Shown one piece after another: positions 43,084 through 44,113 of a DNA stretch of 44,113 nucleotides. The notes under the pieces were generated by a model. It was not told the DNA's origin, did no database searches, and worked only from the letters and a program-made list of their open reading frames with translations. The DNA is from Verrucomicrobiota bacterium. GTDB taxonomy: Bacteria; Verrucomicrobiota; Verrucomicrobiia; Chthoniobacterales; UBA10450. Numbering within the stretch: position 1 is the first letter of the stretch; each line of letters begins with the position of its first letter. Location of the stretch: the NCBI GenBank assembly GCA_003217895.1, contig QHMS01000254.1, forward strand, positions 1 to 44,113. Direction: 5' to 3'. The position numbers and the translations under genes were made by a program.

Positions 43084-44113
43084 CTAAGAGGCGTGCGCTG
43101 TAGCGCCGTTCTCTTGAGCGGATTTCCCCGTGAGATGCCCGTTGCCGCTGCTGACGCCGTTAAACACAACTGTTTCGCTGCCTCGGCCGGTGGGCTTTGG
43201 CTTCCGCCCGAAATTAAACTTAATCGTTTTCCAAGTGTCGCCACGCTGCGCTTGCAGGCCAAGGCTGGCGGTCGGTTCGTAACCGCAGTGCACCATGCAA
43301 TTCTCGCAACGGCTGTCGCGTGCGATGCCCTTCACGACGCCGTATCTGTCCCATTCCGTTTTCTCGAGCAATTCCGCGTAGCTCGAGTAATGCCCGTCGG
43401 TCATTAGATAGCAGGGCCCTTTCCACCCGCGAATATTTCGCGTTGGAATCGCCCAGGCTGAACAGGTCAAATCCCGTTTGCCGGCGAGAAATTCAAAATA
43501 AACCGGCGTGCCAAGAAACGTGTAGCGATTCATCCATTCCTCCACTTTCCGGAATTTCCGAATTGTCATGGACCGCGTGAGGAAAAAATTTTCAGGGCGC
43601 AGATTGAGCCGTTTGATCATGTCTTTCTTCGCGGCGTCGTACTCATAGCCGGGGGAAATTGTGTGGCCATCGACGCCGAGGTCGGAGAGATAATCGAACA
43701 TCTGCTCGACCTCTTGCATATCGGTTTCCTTGTAAATAGTCGTGTTGGTGGCCACTTGATAGCCGAGAATCTTCGCCATCTTGATTGCGAGAATGCACTC
43801 TTTGAAGACGCCCTCGCGCTCGACAATGAGGTCGTGAATGCGCTCCAGCCCATCGAGGTGCACGTTCCAATACATCCATTTACTCGGCGCGATCGCAGGC
43901 TTGGTTGGGTCTTTCGGACCTTTCCGGATTTCAGCGGCATCTTTCTGGCTAAGCAAACCGGCTTTCATCAACTCGTCGATCTTCTGATCGACAAACTCGG
44001 GACGTTTGGCGATCTGCGATGCCATCCAGTCGCGCATTTTCCTGCGCATAAACATGGCGTTGGTGCAGATGTAAACGATTCGGTCTTGATCGAGCAAACC
44101 CTTAACCAGCGCC
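43084..44113 (-). CDS. hpnH: hopanoid biosynthesis radical SAM protein HpnH (adenosylhopane synthase), C-terminal ~343 aa; 5' end outside window
   Basis: The frame is open to the window edge. The sequence (ICTNAMF..., GYQVATNTTIYKETD, PGYEYDAAKKD, RCENCMVHCGYEP) matches the HpnH pattern, and the gene lies immediately upstream of shc. Confidence 0.8.
   Translation of the reverse strand, partial: ALVKGLLDQDRIVYICTNAMFMRRKMRDWMASQIAKRPEFVDQKIDELMKAGLLSQKDAAEIRKGPKDPTKPAIAPSKWMYWNVHLDGLERIHDLIVEREGVFKECILAIKMAKILGYQVATNTTIYKETDMQEVEQMFDYLSDLGVDGHTISPGYEYDAAKKDMIKRLNLRPENFFLTRSMTIRKFRKVEEWMNRYTFLGTPVYFEFLAGKRDLTCSAWAIPTRNIRGWKGPCYLMTDGHYSSYAELLEKTEWDRYGVVKGIARDSRCENCMVHCGYEPTASLGLQAQRGDTWKTIKFNFGRKPKPTGRGSETVVFNGVSSGNGHLTGKSAQENGATAHAS

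Overview
This window reads as a gene-dense, mostly housekeeping chromosomal region of a moderately GC-rich bacterium. About 40 genes are supported, plus one tRNA. DapL-type lysine biosynthesis, a SWIB-domain protein, a roughly 50-aa small basic protein and hopanoid genes suggest a PVC/Verrucomicrobia-type organism, but that is inference only.

Supported blocks:
- A fused MBL-exonuclease/ATP-dependent DNA ligase.
- plsC-cmk-aroA.
- A response-regulator/PP2C phosphatase.
- nadB-panC.
- An SBP56 (methanethiol-oxidase-like) gene translationally coupled to a membrane protein.
- An LPS/lipid A cluster: RmlC-like cupin, an LpxL-GT9 fusion, a thioesterase and an ArnT-like GT39.
- A thiol-redox cluster: redoxin, SRPBCC and DsbD.
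- ltaE and putA.
- A lipid-enzyme cluster: a PlsC-alpha/beta-hydrolase fusion, an SGNH hydrolase and a lipase-maturation-factor homolog.
- tRNA(CAT), an ECF sigma/anti-sigma pair, dapL, sod, and shc-hpnH.

I found no CRISPR array, transposase, integrase, phage genes or recognisable defence system, and no convincing self-contained novel multi-gene system.

The unexplained structure I can actually see:
1. A REP/REPIN-like family (TGTAG followed by a GC hairpin, usually as inverted doublets) at seven or more sites. Two copies lie in-frame inside coding sequence.
2. A perfect 59-bp inverted duplication that breaks putA.
3. Three more disrupted genes: shc has an internal deletion, and DsbD and SRPBCC each have a 1-nt homopolymer frameshift.
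4. Heptamer and hexamer repeat arrays in 5' leaders.
5. A tightly coupled LMF-SGNH gene pair.

All coordinates of small elements were counted by hand and may be off by 1-2 nt. All product calls rest on motif recognition from memory, not on searches.
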